Below, piece by piece: positions 39,470-49,903 of a stretch of DNA of 64,000 nt (position 1 is the first letter of the stretch; every line of letters begins with the position of its first letter). The position numbers were made by a program, and so were the translations under genes. The notes beneath the pieces are model-generated. The model was not told where the DNA came from, did no database searches, and worked only from the letters and a program-made list of their open reading frames with translations. Location: contig JBDKUN010000033.1 in assembly GCA_039679675.1 (NCBI GenBank), forward strand, positions 192,001-256,000. The letters run 5' to 3'. The DNA comes from Armatimonadota bacterium (GTDB taxonomy: Bacteria; Armatimonadota; UBA5829; DTLH01).

Positions 39470-39512
39470 GCTATTTCATAATGACATTATAAGAATATCA
39501 ATATGAAATAGC
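39470..39512. promoter_or_regulatory. Inverted repeat in divergent promoter region (putative operator)
   Basis: GCTATTTCATA..TATGAAATAGC with partly paired interior, next to the regulator's RBS. Confidence 0.45.
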
Positions 39513-39584
39513 AATTTGCCGTGTTTCGAATGCTGTGATACCATAAACTTGTAAGCCAAAGCAGGCATAATATTGGAGGCTAAC

Positions 39585-39776
39585 ATGGATGATGGTGAAC
39601 TGGCCGCAGCATTCTATGGTTCGGCCAAAATCGGAAAACGAGGGCAGGTAATAATCCCCGCCAATGCACGTGTAGACCTTGAGATCAAAGAGGGAGACCG
39701 GCTGTTTTTCGTGAGGCACCCGGTATCAAAGGCCATCGTTCTTATGAAGATCGATGCTTTGAAGGATTTTTCTTAG
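39585..39776 (+). CDS. AbrB/MazE/SpoVT family DNA-binding protein
   Basis: FYGSAKIGKRGQVIIPA.AR..L.I..GD.L; RBS GGAGG. Confidence 0.8.
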   Translation: MDDGELAAAFYGSAKIGKRGQVIIPANARVDLEIKEGDRLFFVRHPVSKAIVLMKIDALKDFS

Positions 39777-39818
39777 CATATGCTAAATCAATACAAATTG
39801 TTGTTGGAGCCGTGTTTC

Positions 39819-41183
39819 ATGAAAAAGATAATCTTACTGGTTTTAGCTGCGCTTTCTATCACAATACCAGCATACGCGGATACCGATACTCCTATAGCAC
39901 TTGACTTCGCCAGTGTAACAGATATGGCGGCGAGCCGAAGCCTGGTTGTGAGCTCCGCCAAACAGAATATCGAGACCGGGCGTCAGGCACTAAAAGAGGC
40001 TAAGGGTTACCAATCCGGTAAAATCGGAGTATCAGCTGAATATCTGAGGCTGAACGACATTATCTCCATTACCAGCCCTTCAGTAACCATTCCAGCCGGG
40101 GTGCCGGTGTTGGGTGGACAATCATTGGCGGTGCCGCCCGTTGAGGTTGCTCCTCAGGACCTGATACATTTGAGACTGGAAGCCGGTTATCCAATCTATA
40201 CAAGCGGCATGTTGGACTATGCAGCAGCCCAGGCGGAAGCCGGAGTGAATGCTTACGAAGCGCTTGCCGGTGACACAACCTCAAATGTAGTATATCAAGC
40301 CAACTCGACATTTCTTGCAGCTCTTTTGACCAGGCAGGTTGTAGACGTTAATCAACAGGCACTTGACTCATATAAAAAGCATCTAGCTGATGCTCAAAAG
40401 GCTTACACCGCAGGTGTGGTCGCCAAATACGATGTCATACGCGCCGAGACAGCTGTAAAAGAGCAGGAAAAACGGCTCACAGAAGCAGAAAACCAGCACA
40501 AACTTGCACTCGCGGCACTCCGCACTGCATTGCTCCTGCCTCAAGATACTCCGCTCGAACTAAAGGCCGGTTTGCGCGAGGTATCGGAACCGTTACCGCT
40601 TTCGCAGGCTCAAGACCAGGCTATGAGCGAGAACGACTTGCTGAAGGCTCTTGGTTTCAAGGCACAAGCACAGAAATCAGCAGAGATGTTCGAAAAAGCC
40701 AGCGCGAAGCCTCAGGTGACCGGCGTGAGTGAAGCCGAACTGCTTAGAGGCAATATAGCTCAAACAGACCCGGCATGGGCTGTCGGCGTAAAAGTGACAA
40801 TGGATATATTCAACGGCGGAGTGACCAAGGCCAAAGCCGCTCAGAAAGCGTCGGAGCAAAAGCAAACGCTTCTGGACAAAGAAGAAGCTCAAAACCAGAT
40901 CAAGCTGGCTATTCAGAGCGCATATCTCGATATGGATTCGGCAAAAAGCGCGCTTGAATCATCGAAAAAGGCAAAGGAACTGGCCCAGGAAAGTCTCAGG
41001 CTAGCTGCAAAGCGGTTTGAAGTCGGTACAGGCACAAGCCTGGAAGTGCTTGACGCAAACGTAGTACTATCATCTGCCGATTTAGGCATATGCCAATCCA
41101 CCTATATACTGGAGCGGGCGTACCTGACTCTGCATCGGTATATGGGTGACATAATCAAGGTGAGCAAGGAGATGAAAAAGTGA
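39819..41183 (+). CDS. TolC-family outer membrane protein
   Basis: Signal peptide MKKIILLVLAALS..AYA; RF.VG.GTSLEVLDA. Confidence 0.85.
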   Translation: MKKIILLVLAALSITIPAYADTDTPIALDFASVTDMAASRSLVVSSAKQNIETGRQALKEAKGYQSGKIGVSAEYLRLNDIISITSPSVTIPAGVPVLGGQSLAVPPVEVAPQDLIHLRLEAGYPIYTSGMLDYAAAQAEAGVNAYEALAGDTTSNVVYQANSTFLAALLTRQVVDVNQQALDSYKKHLADAQKAYTAGVVAKYDVIRAETAVKEQEKRLTEAENQHKLALAALRTALLLPQDTPLELKAGLREVSEPLPLSQAQDQAMSENDLLKALGFKAQAQKSAEMFEKASAKPQVTGVSEAELLRGNIAQTDPAWAVGVKVTMDIFNGGVTKAKAAQKASEQKQTLLDKEEAQNQIKLAIQSAYLDMDSAKSALESSKKAKELAQESLRLAAKRFEVGTGTSLEVLDANVVLSSADLGICQSTYILERAYLTLHRYMGDIIKVSKEMKK

Positions 41184-42400
41184 AGAAACTAACAGGTTGG
41201 AAATTGAACGCAGCTATATTTGGCGCCTTGGTTATTTTGATGCTGATCGCTGTCGTCACCTTTATCATATTAAAATCGCCCAAAACTGCGTGTTCATCGA
41301 AAAATACGGAAAAGTATGCGCTCCTGGAGGGAACGCTGGAGGCTGACGAGGTCGATGTTTCGTCAAAAATCCCCGGCAGAATCAGTGTGCTGAACCTGAA
41401 CGAGGGTGACCCTGTTAGGGCTGGCGAGGTTCTCGTGGTGCTTGAATCGAAGGAGACCAGTGCAAAGGTCGAACAGGCTTCGGGAATGTATCAGGCAGCT
41501 GAGGCTCAGAACACACAAGCCCGGATCGCAGTGGATTTGCAGGCAAAGACCGTTCAGGACCAGGTCGAGCAGGCGGAAGCTGGTTATAAAGCGGCAAAGG
41601 CGAAGCTTCAAATGGCTTTGAATGGTGCGCGTAAGCAGGAGATCGAGGCGGCTCAGAAAGCAGTTGAACAGGCAACCGCAGCTTACGAAACAGCAAAACG
41701 TACATACGACAGATTTAATGGCCTGTACAAGGATGGAGTGATTCCAGAGCAAAAAGAAGATGAGATCGCACTCCAATACAAATCGGCAAAAGCCCAGATG
41801 CAGGCTGCACAGGCAAAACTGAGTCTCGTTAAGGAAGGCGCGAGGCCGGAAGAAATCCAACAGGCACGCGAAGGCGTAAAGGCGGCTCAGGCAACTTTGA
41901 AGCTTGCTCAGGATAGTGCGCTGCAAGTTTCACTGCGTAAGCAGGATGTTACTGCAGCATCGTATAAGGCATCGGCGGCGAAGGGACAGCTAAACGAAGC
42001 TCAGGCATACCAGGAAGAAACCAGAATTGTATCACCAATTACCGGTTACGTATCGCAGAAATTGTCTGAGACCGGCGAAATGGTATCTGCCGGTTTCCCG
42101 GTGCTTACAATTGTTAAGAGCAAAGACTTCAAGGTCAAGGTCTTCGCGGATGAGTCCAAGTTCGGAGAATTGCAGCTTGGTAACGATGTCCAGGTGATAA
42201 TTCCAGCCCTGAATAATAGGAAGATACATGGCAGAGTTGCCCGGATATCACAAGCAGCCGATTTTGCTACGAAGAAAGCAACCAATGAGCAAAACTCTTA
42301 CGATGTCAGATCAATAGAAGTTGTTATTCGCATTACGGAAGATTGTCCTGAGCTGAGGAACGGCATGACTGCACGAGTCAGTCTGCCGTATAAACGGTAA
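41180..42400 (+). CDS. HlyD-family periplasmic adaptor
   Basis: G.LEA.EV.VSSKIPGRI...EGD.V..G, coiled coil, SPI.G.V, ADFAT.KAT, LR.GMT. Confidence 0.88.
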   Translation: MKKLTGWKLNAAIFGALVILMLIAVVTFIILKSPKTACSSKNTEKYALLEGTLEADEVDVSSKIPGRISVLNLNEGDPVRAGEVLVVLESKETSAKVEQASGMYQAAEAQNTQARIAVDLQAKTVQDQVEQAEAGYKAAKAKLQMALNGARKQEIEAAQKAVEQATAAYETAKRTYDRFNGLYKDGVIPEQKEDEIALQYKSAKAQMQAAQAKLSLVKEGARPEEIQQAREGVKAAQATLKLAQDSALQVSLRKQDVTAASYKASAAKGQLNEAQAYQEETRIVSPITGYVSQKLSETGEMVSAGFPVLTIVKSKDFKVKVFADESKFGELQLGNDVQVIIPALNNRKIHGRVARISQAADFATKKATNEQNSYDVRSIEVVIRITEDCPELRNGMTARVSLPYKR

Positions 42401-42433
42401 GCGGCTTAATTATCAAAGGGATTGGAACACGCT

Positions 42434-43615
42434 ATGTTACGAGCGATATGGCATATTGCGCTGCGCGAAACTCGCGCTATCTTTTGCTCACGCACTCTGA
42501 TTGCGCTTGCAATCCTTGTCCCGATTGCCTATGCGCTGTTCTTTGGAGCACTTTACTGGAACAAGAAAGTAACGAATATTCCTGTAACGATAGTCGATCA
42601 GGATAATTCGGCTCTGTCGCGCGAGATCACAAGAGGTATTTTGGCATCTGAGACATTTCGGTTAGGTCAGTACAGCGATTCAACTGACGATTTTCCTGCG
42701 CAGGTAGCAAAAGGCAAATCCAGCGTCTCTTTTGTCTTTCCATATCATTTTGAGCACGATGTAAAATCAGGACGGGGCAGCAAGGTAGCTGTGTGGGTTG
42801 ACGGCAGCAATATGCTTATTGGTAATGTCGCCATCACGAGCGCGGCAACGGTTATCGGCACATATTCGGTAGGTGTAGATATAAGGAAATCGCTGCTGCG
42901 GGGAAGAGCACCCTCTAGTTCCGCGCTGTCAGTCGTACAACCAGTTCGATCAGAGAGCAGAGTATTGTTCAATCCGGCACTGAACAACAATTATGCCAAC
43001 TTCATGCTGGTTGGGTTCGTCGTTGTGTCAATTCAACTATTAACAGTACTATTGGTGGCGAGATGCGGAGCCAGGGAGTTTGAAGACGGCACACTTGCCG
43101 GGCTTAAGTCAATCACACATTCACCGTTGGCAATAATCATCGGTAAAGCCATACCTTATATAGTCATAATGCTCCCTGTTTCGATGCTTGCACTGATCAT
43201 TCCTACTCTGATGGTGGGCACTCCAATGATCGGTAATCTGTGGCTGCTGACAGGAATGACTGCATGGTTCCTTGCCATATGGATCTTGTTCGGAATAGGA
43301 CTTTCATCCCTGGTCGGTGATTCTTTGATGGCAACGGAAATATTCGCAGTAATAGTAATGCCGTCCTATCTCCTTTCTGGTAACACATGGCCGATCTTTT
43401 CAATGCCGCTTGTTATGCGCATCATCGCATACTCATTACCGTTAAGTCATTATGTGATACTGGTGCGTAAGATAACCATGATGGGCGCAACAATGTGTGA
43501 TCTTGGATTACAACTGACTGGTCTGGGTGTATGGTCGGTCGTTGCAGTAGCTGCTGCGTATTTGGGTGCTAGAAGATTAGTACGCACCGATGCGGTCCCG
43601 GTGGAGGCACAGTGA
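42434..43615 (+). CDS. ABC-2 type permease (YhhJ/YbhS-like)
   Basis: IVDQDNS.LSR, DGSN.LI, FNP..NY, LSG.TWP, PL.HY. Confidence 0.85.
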   Translation: MLRAIWHIALRETRAIFCSRTLIALAILVPIAYALFFGALYWNKKVTNIPVTIVDQDNSALSREITRGILASETFRLGQYSDSTDDFPAQVAKGKSSVSFVFPYHFEHDVKSGRGSKVAVWVDGSNMLIGNVAITSAATVIGTYSVGVDIRKSLLRGRAPSSSALSVVQPVRSESRVLFNPALNNNYANFMLVGFVVVSIQLLTVLLVARCGAREFEDGTLAGLKSITHSPLAIIIGKAIPYIVIMLPVSMLALIIPTLMVGTPMIGNLWLLTGMTAWFLAIWILFGIGLSSLVGDSLMATEIFAVIVMPSYLLSGNTWPIFSMPLVMRIIAYSLPLSHYVILVRKITMMGATMCDLGLQLTGLGVWSVVAVAAAYLGARRLVRTDAVPVEAQ

Positions 43616-44772
43616 TGGCGTCATTTCTTGGTGTATTTTTACAAGAACTAAAGACGATCTTCAGTGACAGACGCATTTACATTATAATGCTTTGCGGGCC
43701 GTTTTTTTACGGGATACTCTTCGGAGGAGTCTATCTAAACGGCCGGGTCCGGCAAGTTGGAACGGTAATTATAGATCAGGATCATTCGGCATTATCACGA
43801 GAATTTATTAACGACGTAAGAGCAGCGGACAGCCTGCATATCGTAGCATTGAGCCAGACTGAGAGCGATTTCGCAAAGTACGTCAAACGAGGCGATGCAT
43901 ATATTTGTCTCGTCGTACCCCATGATTTCGAGCACGATATAGCGAAAGGTAAACAGGTTACTATTGCAGTTTTAACAGATGGAAGCAACCTGCTTATCAG
44001 TAACGTGACCGTAAAATCTATAAGTGTTGTCATTACAACGTTCGGAACAAGAGCAAGAATGAAACGCCTGATGATGGGTGGGGTGCCTAAAAGCAGCCTC
44101 ATGTCTGAGGCAGCCCCCATACAAGCTGAGTTCAGACCATTATTCAATCCAAGCTACAATTACAGTGCATATTTGCTGATTGGGTTGGTATGTATTGCTC
44201 TTCAGCAGGTTACCATGCTTGGTGCATCCATTTCCTTAAGCCAGGACAACAGTAATGAACGGCGTCGGCAGCTCAGGCAGGTATGTAAAAGCCCATTTAT
44301 AGCACTGCTCGGGAAAGCAAGCGCGCATGCAATGATAATGGTGCCTCTGTCTTTTGGAGGAGCTTATGTTCCGTTCGGCCTGTTTCATTGTCCATATCAC
44401 GGTGCATGGTCAGTGATGCTGGCTTCGACAGCAATATTTGTAATAGTCCAAATATTCGCAGGATTTGGAGTGGCCGGAATATGCAAAAGGCCACTCTTGT
44501 CTGCACAGGTATTGCTTATATTATCTGTTCCTCTTTTCATGCTGACCGGTGCGACATGGCCTGTTTGTGCAATGCCTGAGTTCCTGCAATGTTTGGCTTA
44601 TGCCATTCCCCTTACGCATTTTGTTTCAATTACCCGGCAGGCCAGCTTGGTTGGAGCATCGGCAGCCCTGCTTTCACAACACTTTGTTGTCATCGCAATA
44701 TGGATTCCGATTGCGTTACTTTGGGCTTATTGGGCTGTGAGGCGGATGTTCCTACAGAGTTTTGGCAATTGA
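43612..44772 (+). CDS. ABC-2 type permease (YhhJ/YbhR-like)
   Basis: Paralogous motifs IIDQDHS.LSR, DGSNLLI, FNPSYNY, LTGATWP, IPLTH. Confidence 0.85.
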   Translation: MMASFLGVFLQELKTIFSDRRIYIIMLCGPFFYGILFGGVYLNGRVRQVGTVIIDQDHSALSREFINDVRAADSLHIVALSQTESDFAKYVKRGDAYICLVVPHDFEHDIAKGKQVTIAVLTDGSNLLISNVTVKSISVVITTFGTRARMKRLMMGGVPKSSLMSEAAPIQAEFRPLFNPSYNYSAYLLIGLVCIALQQVTMLGASISLSQDNSNERRRQLRQVCKSPFIALLGKASAHAMIMVPLSFGGAYVPFGLFHCPYHGAWSVMLASTAIFVIVQIFAGFGVAGICKRPLLSAQVLLILSVPLFMLTGATWPVCAMPEFLQCLAYAIPLTHFVSITRQASLVGASAALLSQHFVVIAIWIPIALLWAYWAVRRMFLQSFGN

Positions 44773-44816
44773 TGTAACGAGTGTTAAATACTGTTTCAGA
44801 CAAAACTCCTTCCGGG

Positions 44817-44910
44817 AGAGTTTCGAGTTTGAGTGTAAAACCAACGAATAGGGCATTATCAATGACTGTTTATGTGTCCATAGGATTGTAACATCATTAC
44901 TCGAAACTCT
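44817..44910. repeat. 94-bp segment bounded by 12-bp perfect inverted repeats
   Basis: AGAGTTTCGAGT (44817-44828) / ACTCGAAACTCT (44899-44910). Confidence 0.5.
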
Positions 44911-44983
44911 TTAGATTTGACCGGGAATGGATGTAACGGGCATTAATGCGTTTTTCCTTAACAAATACGTGGAGCCGCTTTCA

Positions 44984-47527
44984 TTAAAGCAGTGCGTGCC
45001 GGTGGTAGAACCACAACTTCACGGCATGCACCAGCAGGAGGTAAGTGACTGAAAGCGCGGCGATGACGCCGAGCAATGCCGCAGGCGGCGGTGTGAACCT
45101 CAGTAAGTGCCCGACTGGAGTGTACGGCAGCAGAACCGCGACTACTACGACGGCCAACACACCTATCATCAGCGGTCGGCTTGGACGACTCCTCAAAGGG
45201 TTGCCTGCCGTCCGAATCACAAATACGACCAATGTCTGTGTTGCCAGCGATTCCACAAACCATCCTGTGTGAAATAGTGCCGGGTTTGTGTAAGCACCAA
45301 ACATCCACAGCAGTACTCCGAAAGTGAGAAAGTCGTAGAACGAGCTTATGGGGCCGATGATTACCATGAACTGCCGGATAAACTCAATGTGCCATCGTTT
45401 CGGACGGTGCAAAAGCTCTGGATCGACGTTATCGCTGGGCAGGGCAATCTGGGAGATGTCATATAGCAGGTTGTTCAGAAGTATCTGCGTCGGCAGCATA
45501 GGAAGGAACGGCAGGAAGAGCGATGCGGCTGCCATACTGAACATGTTGCCGAAGTTGGAGCTCGTACCCATTATTATGTACTTCATGATGTTGGCAAAGC
45601 TGCGCCGGCCCTCGATTACGCCGTCGTTCAAGACTTCCAGGTCCTTTTCCAACAGTATGATCTTTGCTGCGTCCTTGGCTACATCCACACCGTTCATTAC
45701 CGAAATGCCGACATCCGCCGTGTGCAGCGAAGGCGCGTCGTTGATGCCATCCCCTATATATCCGACGACGTGCCCGCGCGATTTAAGAGCGAGAATCACC
45801 CGGTTCTTCTGCTCAGGAGACACTCGCGCGAAGATGGCGTTGTTCTCAGCCTGGTAAGCAAGAGCTGCGTCATCCATCCCATCTATATGGCTGCCGGTGA
45901 GAATGCGGTCTGCCGGCAGGCCGACGTCACGCGCTACCTTCTGCGTTACATATTGGTTGTCGCCAGTCATAATGACTACTGAGATACCATCCTGTTTGAG
46001 CGATTCAAGAACCGAAAAAACCCCCTCTTTGGGCGGGTCCAGGAATGCTGCGAATCCGACCAGAGTCATATCCTGCTCGTCGTCCACAGAGTAGGCATCC
46101 TGCTTCTCCACGTTCCGTACCGCTACACCAAGAGTGCGGTAACCATCAGCGCTCAATTTCTCAAATGTCTCATTCGCCTCGGCCCGGCGGCTTTCGTCGA
46201 ACGGCTGAACTGCTCCGTCTATACTCACAGTCTTGCAGACTGCAAAAACACCTTCCGCTTCGCCTTTGGTGACAAGAATGTGCTCGTCACCGTGCTCCAC
46301 CACGACCGACAGGCGCTTGCGGTTGAAGTCGAAAGGGATTTCGTCCACCTTGGCGTACTCCGTTATAGTAGGGTGCTCGTGTTTCAGGATTGCCTCATCA
46401 AGTGGGCTCTTTATTCCGGCTTCATAGTGGCTGTTAAGGTAGATAAGCCGAAGGACGCTCTCATCGTCCTTGCCGTGAATATCCACTTGCTGGTCAAGCA
46501 CGATCTCCCCTTCGGTAAGAGTGCCTGTCTTATCACTGCAAAGCATATCTATGCTGCCGAAGTCCTCGATTGCCGCAAGCTGCTTGACCAGGACCTTCTT
46601 CTTGATCATTTGTCTCGCGCCTTGGGCCAGGGTAACTGTGATGATCATTGGCATCAGTTCGGGTGTCAGCCCTACCGCAAGCGCAATTGAGAATAGAAAA
46701 GATTCCAAAAGCGGTCTGTGAAGGACTACGTTCACCATGAGGACGAAAAGCACAAGCAACATGATCACCCGTGTGAGCATCAGCCCGAAGTGGCGTATGC
46801 CACGATCGAATTCGGTCTCTGGGGGACGCATGGCCAGTCGCTGGGCGATCTCGCCGAGTGCGGTATTTCTGCCTGTAATGACAACGACTACCGTGCCGAT
46901 CCCCGTTTGAACAGCAGTGCCAAGGAAAACACTGTTTGTGGCGTCTGCAACTCCATGCTTTCCCTCTGGAAGATCGCCAACTGCCTTATCGACAGGCAGC
47001 GACTCCCCTGTGAGCGCCGACTCGCGCACATGCAGGTCCTTTGCATCCAGCAGACGGCAGTCCGCCGGGACTAAATCTCCGGCATTGAGCCTGACAATAT
47101 CCCCAGGGACCAACTCTGCTACCGGCAGCTCTTGTTCTCGCCCGTCACGCAAAACAGCAGCAGTGGTGGCAACCTGTTTCTGAATCTCCTTTACCGCATG
47201 CCGGGCCTGGAACTCCATAAAGAAGTTCAATAACACGCTGAGCATAACAATGGAGATGATTATCGACCCGCCGATTCGGTCACCCAGCGCGAGCGATATG
47301 CCGCTGGCAGCGAGAAGGATAATGACGAGTGGATTGGCGAGGAATCGCAAGAATGCGAGCAGACCTGCGAACCGTGGCTCCCTCACCATGCTGTTAGGAC
47401 CATAGAGAAGCCGCCGCTGTTCTGCCTCGTCTGTAGTCAGCCCGGCGGGAGTTGCCTCCAGCAGTCGAAGTAGATCCTGCAGTGGCCTATCCCAGAAGTT
47501 TCCTGCCGATTGTACCCGGTTTTCCAT
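44984..47527 (-). CDS. mgtA: Magnesium-translocating P-type ATPase
   Basis: LTGESLP, AVGLTPE, DKTGTLT, PFDF.RKR, FLDPPK, GDGIND, SSNFGN, GWFVESL.TQTL. Confidence 0.92.
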   Translation of the reverse strand: MENRVQSAGNFWDRPLQDLLRLLEATPAGLTTDEAEQRRLLYGPNSMVREPRFAGLLAFLRFLANPLVIILLAASGISLALGDRIGGSIIISIVMLSVLLNFFMEFQARHAVKEIQKQVATTAAVLRDGREQELPVAELVPGDIVRLNAGDLVPADCRLLDAKDLHVRESALTGESLPVDKAVGDLPEGKHGVADATNSVFLGTAVQTGIGTVVVVITGRNTALGEIAQRLAMRPPETEFDRGIRHFGLMLTRVIMLLVLFVLMVNVVLHRPLLESFLFSIALAVGLTPELMPMIITVTLAQGARQMIKKKVLVKQLAAIEDFGSIDMLCSDKTGTLTEGEIVLDQQVDIHGKDDESVLRLIYLNSHYEAGIKSPLDEAILKHEHPTITEYAKVDEIPFDFNRKRLSVVVEHGDEHILVTKGEAEGVFAVCKTVSIDGAVQPFDESRRAEANETFEKLSADGYRTLGVAVRNVEKQDAYSVDDEQDMTLVGFAAFLDPPKEGVFSVLESLKQDGISVVIMTGDNQYVTQKVARDVGLPADRILTGSHIDGMDDAALAYQAENNAIFARVSPEQKNRVILALKSRGHVVGYIGDGINDAPSLHTADVGISVMNGVDVAKDAAKIILLEKDLEVLNDGVIEGRRSFANIMKYIIMGTSSNFGNMFSMAAASLFLPFLPMLPTQILLNNLLYDISQIALPSDNVDPELLHRPKRWHIEFIRQFMVIIGPISSFYDFLTFGVLLWMFGAYTNPALFHTGWFVESLATQTLVVFVIRTAGNPLRSRPSRPLMIGVLAVVVVAVLLPYTPVGHLLRFTPPPAALLGVIAALSVTYLLLVHAVKLWFYHRHALL

Positions 47528-47533
47528 TTATAG

Positions 47534-48553
47534 TCACTCCAATGATCGTATCCGATGCACCATTAAGAATCCAATTCCAAGTGGTAGCCAAAAAGTCAGG
47601 CCTCTAAACGAGAGTGCGACCAGTGTGGATGCTTCCGCCGGAATACCCAAGGATGTATACACCAGCGTCATAACGCCTTCGACTACACCTATACCCTCTG
47701 GAGTAATAGACACAATCCAGAAGACAATGCCTACTGCAAATCCGGCCACCAGGGCACCAAAACCGATAGGCTGCCGGAATGCGACGAATAACACATAGAG
47801 GCTGACAATATCGACTGCGTAGGATCCGAGTGAAATGCAGAAAGTGCCGAGACACTTTGAAAGGTTTCTCTCAATGGCGGCTGCGGCGGTCTCGAACTCC
47901 CCCGACAGCTTTTGGGACCAGTCCGCTGTCAATGGGGAATGACGATGCAGACGAGTTGCCAGATGGTCAATAGCTCTCTGAAACCAGATCAGGAGACGGG
48001 CAAGAAACGCAGGCTCCCATAGACCCAACAGAAGCAGAATTGTCAGCCCGGTGGATAAAAGCATCAAGATGATCGAACCAACAATCACGTAAGTGCTTAG
48101 ATCGTGCTCAAAGAACAGGTAGACAAGACCTACAATCAGCACGAGCGTAAATGCTGCGTAGTCGGTTACCAGTGCAAGCAATGTTGCTGCAACAGCGCGT
48201 CCAGGCGGCAGGCCTTGCCGCTCTGCATCATCTACGAACAGCGCCGGACCGGCGACTCCCATTCCTCCAGTAGGAACCACAACATTTAGGAACAGTGCTA
48301 CAAAAACCACAGGCAGCAAATGCCAAAAACACCTTGGCAATTCGACTGCCGAAAACGCTGTCTGGTAATGCCAAGTCACGATCAGGTAGTAAGCACCTTG
48401 CAGCAGGGCTGCTGCACCAATCCACTGCCACTGACCAAGTGCAAGTGTCCTGACCAATTTCTCGACTTCTGTAAACCGGCTTACCAGAAGCCATATGAAC
48501 GCGATTATGAGCAGCCAGAATATCCAGCGCCGCTTTGCCGCGGATATGTTCAT
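47534..48553 (-). CDS. Lysylphosphatidylglycerol synthase TM / flippase-like membrane protein
   Basis: N.VVP.GG, TP.GIGVVEG, FR.LTFWLP..IG. Confidence 0.8.
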   Translation of the reverse strand: MNISAAKRRWIFWLLIIAFIWLLVSRFTEVEKLVRTLALGQWQWIGAAALLQGAYYLIVTWHYQTAFSAVELPRCFWHLLPVVFVALFLNVVVPTGGMGVAGPALFVDDAERQGLPPGRAVAATLLALVTDYAAFTLVLIVGLVYLFFEHDLSTYVIVGSIILMLLSTGLTILLLLGLWEPAFLARLLIWFQRAIDHLATRLHRHSPLTADWSQKLSGEFETAAAAIERNLSKCLGTFCISLGSYAVDIVSLYVLFVAFRQPIGFGALVAGFAVGIVFWIVSITPEGIGVVEGVMTLVYTSLGIPAEASTLVALSFRGLTFWLPLGIGFLMVHRIRSLE

Positions 48554-48699
48554 TCTGTATACTTCTGCCTAAAGAGATTTTTGATTGTGATGTAAGAATC
48601 CTACCCAAAACTCTTTATACGATTATTATTGTGGACGCGAGGGAATATGTGCCAACCAACTTTGGATATTGCACACGGGATGGCTGGATTACGTAATAC

Positions 48700-49662
48700 T
48701 CAGCATACCATTCCCTTAGAACGGCCTGTTTTCTGGAGAAAGTCATGTTTGTGCACGAAATCGAGGAGTTTTCGCTTATCACTGATGGCGAGACCGACCA
48801 CGGTATCCGCCGCGCCGTAGTACATCCATATTTCATCACCACGACAGACCGTTCCGCAGGTATAAACTACTCCAGGCAATAGACCGGACTGTTCGTAGTT
48901 GGCTTCCGGGGCAAACACCCATTCAGAAGCCCGCGCCAGCATTATTCTGGGATTATCGCGTGCCAGCAACGCGACCCCGAGCCGGTATATCTGGCGATGG
49001 CCTACGTCTTTAACCCCATGATATATCAGCAGCCACCCCTCGTCGGTCGGTATAGGCGGTGCGCCCACACCGATGCGCAAACCATCCCACCACGGCCCGC
49101 CTCGCTCTGGTACCAGCACTCCAGGCAGGCTCCAATGTGTAAGGTCCTCGCTGGCGGAAGCGAACCAGATGTGCTCTTGCTCACCGGTCACCGGACGATG
49201 CAGCATCAACCACTCGCCGTTGAATTTTTCGGGAAATACAGTCGCATCTTTGTTTGTGGGTGACATGACCACACCCAGTCGATTCACTGTCTCGAAATCT
49301 TGTGTCGTGGCCAGCGCTACTGCTGGGCCATAACGGGAATATGCTGTATAGGCGATGAGCCATTCCCGCTTGCCAATTTTAGTCACTCGCGCGTCTTCAC
49401 AGCCCCACTCTTCATACGGGTGTTCAGGGAGATCCGGCTCAAGCAGCGGATGTTCGGCGGTTCGCCAGCCATCGACACCGTTGTTACTGCGGGCCACACG
49501 GATTTGGGATATACCTCGTTTGTCCTCGATCCGCAGAAGCAAGACCACCTCCCCGTCTACTTCGGCCGCCCCAGGATTAAGGACGGCGTTTGCCGTGAGT
49601 GGTATATCGTCGGGCGTAAGTATAGGCTTATGTCCGTGCCGAACAAACGTCTCATCTCTCAT
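48700..49662 (-). CDS. GH130-family glycosidase/phosphorylase
   Basis: V.NPGA, GCEDARVT, YTAYS, NKD..FP, MLHRP, G.GAPPI, YHGV, YYGAAD. Confidence 0.85.
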   Translation of the reverse strand: MRDETFVRHGHKPILTPDDIPLTANAVLNPGAAEVDGEVVLLLRIEDKRGISQIRVARSNNGVDGWRTAEHPLLEPDLPEHPYEEWGCEDARVTKIGKREWLIAYTAYSRYGPAVALATTQDFETVNRLGVVMSPTNKDATVFPEKFNGEWLMLHRPVTGEQEHIWFASASEDLTHWSLPGVLVPERGGPWWDGLRIGVGAPPIPTDEGWLLIYHGVKDVGHRQIYRLGVALLARDNPRIMLARASEWVFAPEANYEQSGLLPGVVYTCGTVCRGDEIWMYYGAADTVVGLAISDKRKLLDFVHKHDFLQKTGRSKGMVC

Positions 49663-49903
49663 GAACGCATTCTCCAGACGCCAGAACTGTTGAATACCAC
49701 AAAGCTTTTCAGCATAATAATTTATTTTACCGCCGCCCTGAGCCCATCAAACAAGATCATTCCAACCCAGACCGCTGGAAAACCACTCACTGGACAGAAT
49801 CGGGGCTGGGGGAGGCCCCTGTCGGATGATGCGGCTGTGATTATTATCGAGCGAGCCAACGCATAACGGGTGTGAGTAGCTACAGTAAGTGATCTTGGGG
49901 TAA

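Noticed and set aside
39585..39776. AbrB/MazE protein as the antitoxin of a toxin-antitoxin pair
   Set aside because: No adjacent toxin ORF; more likely a regulator of the exporter.
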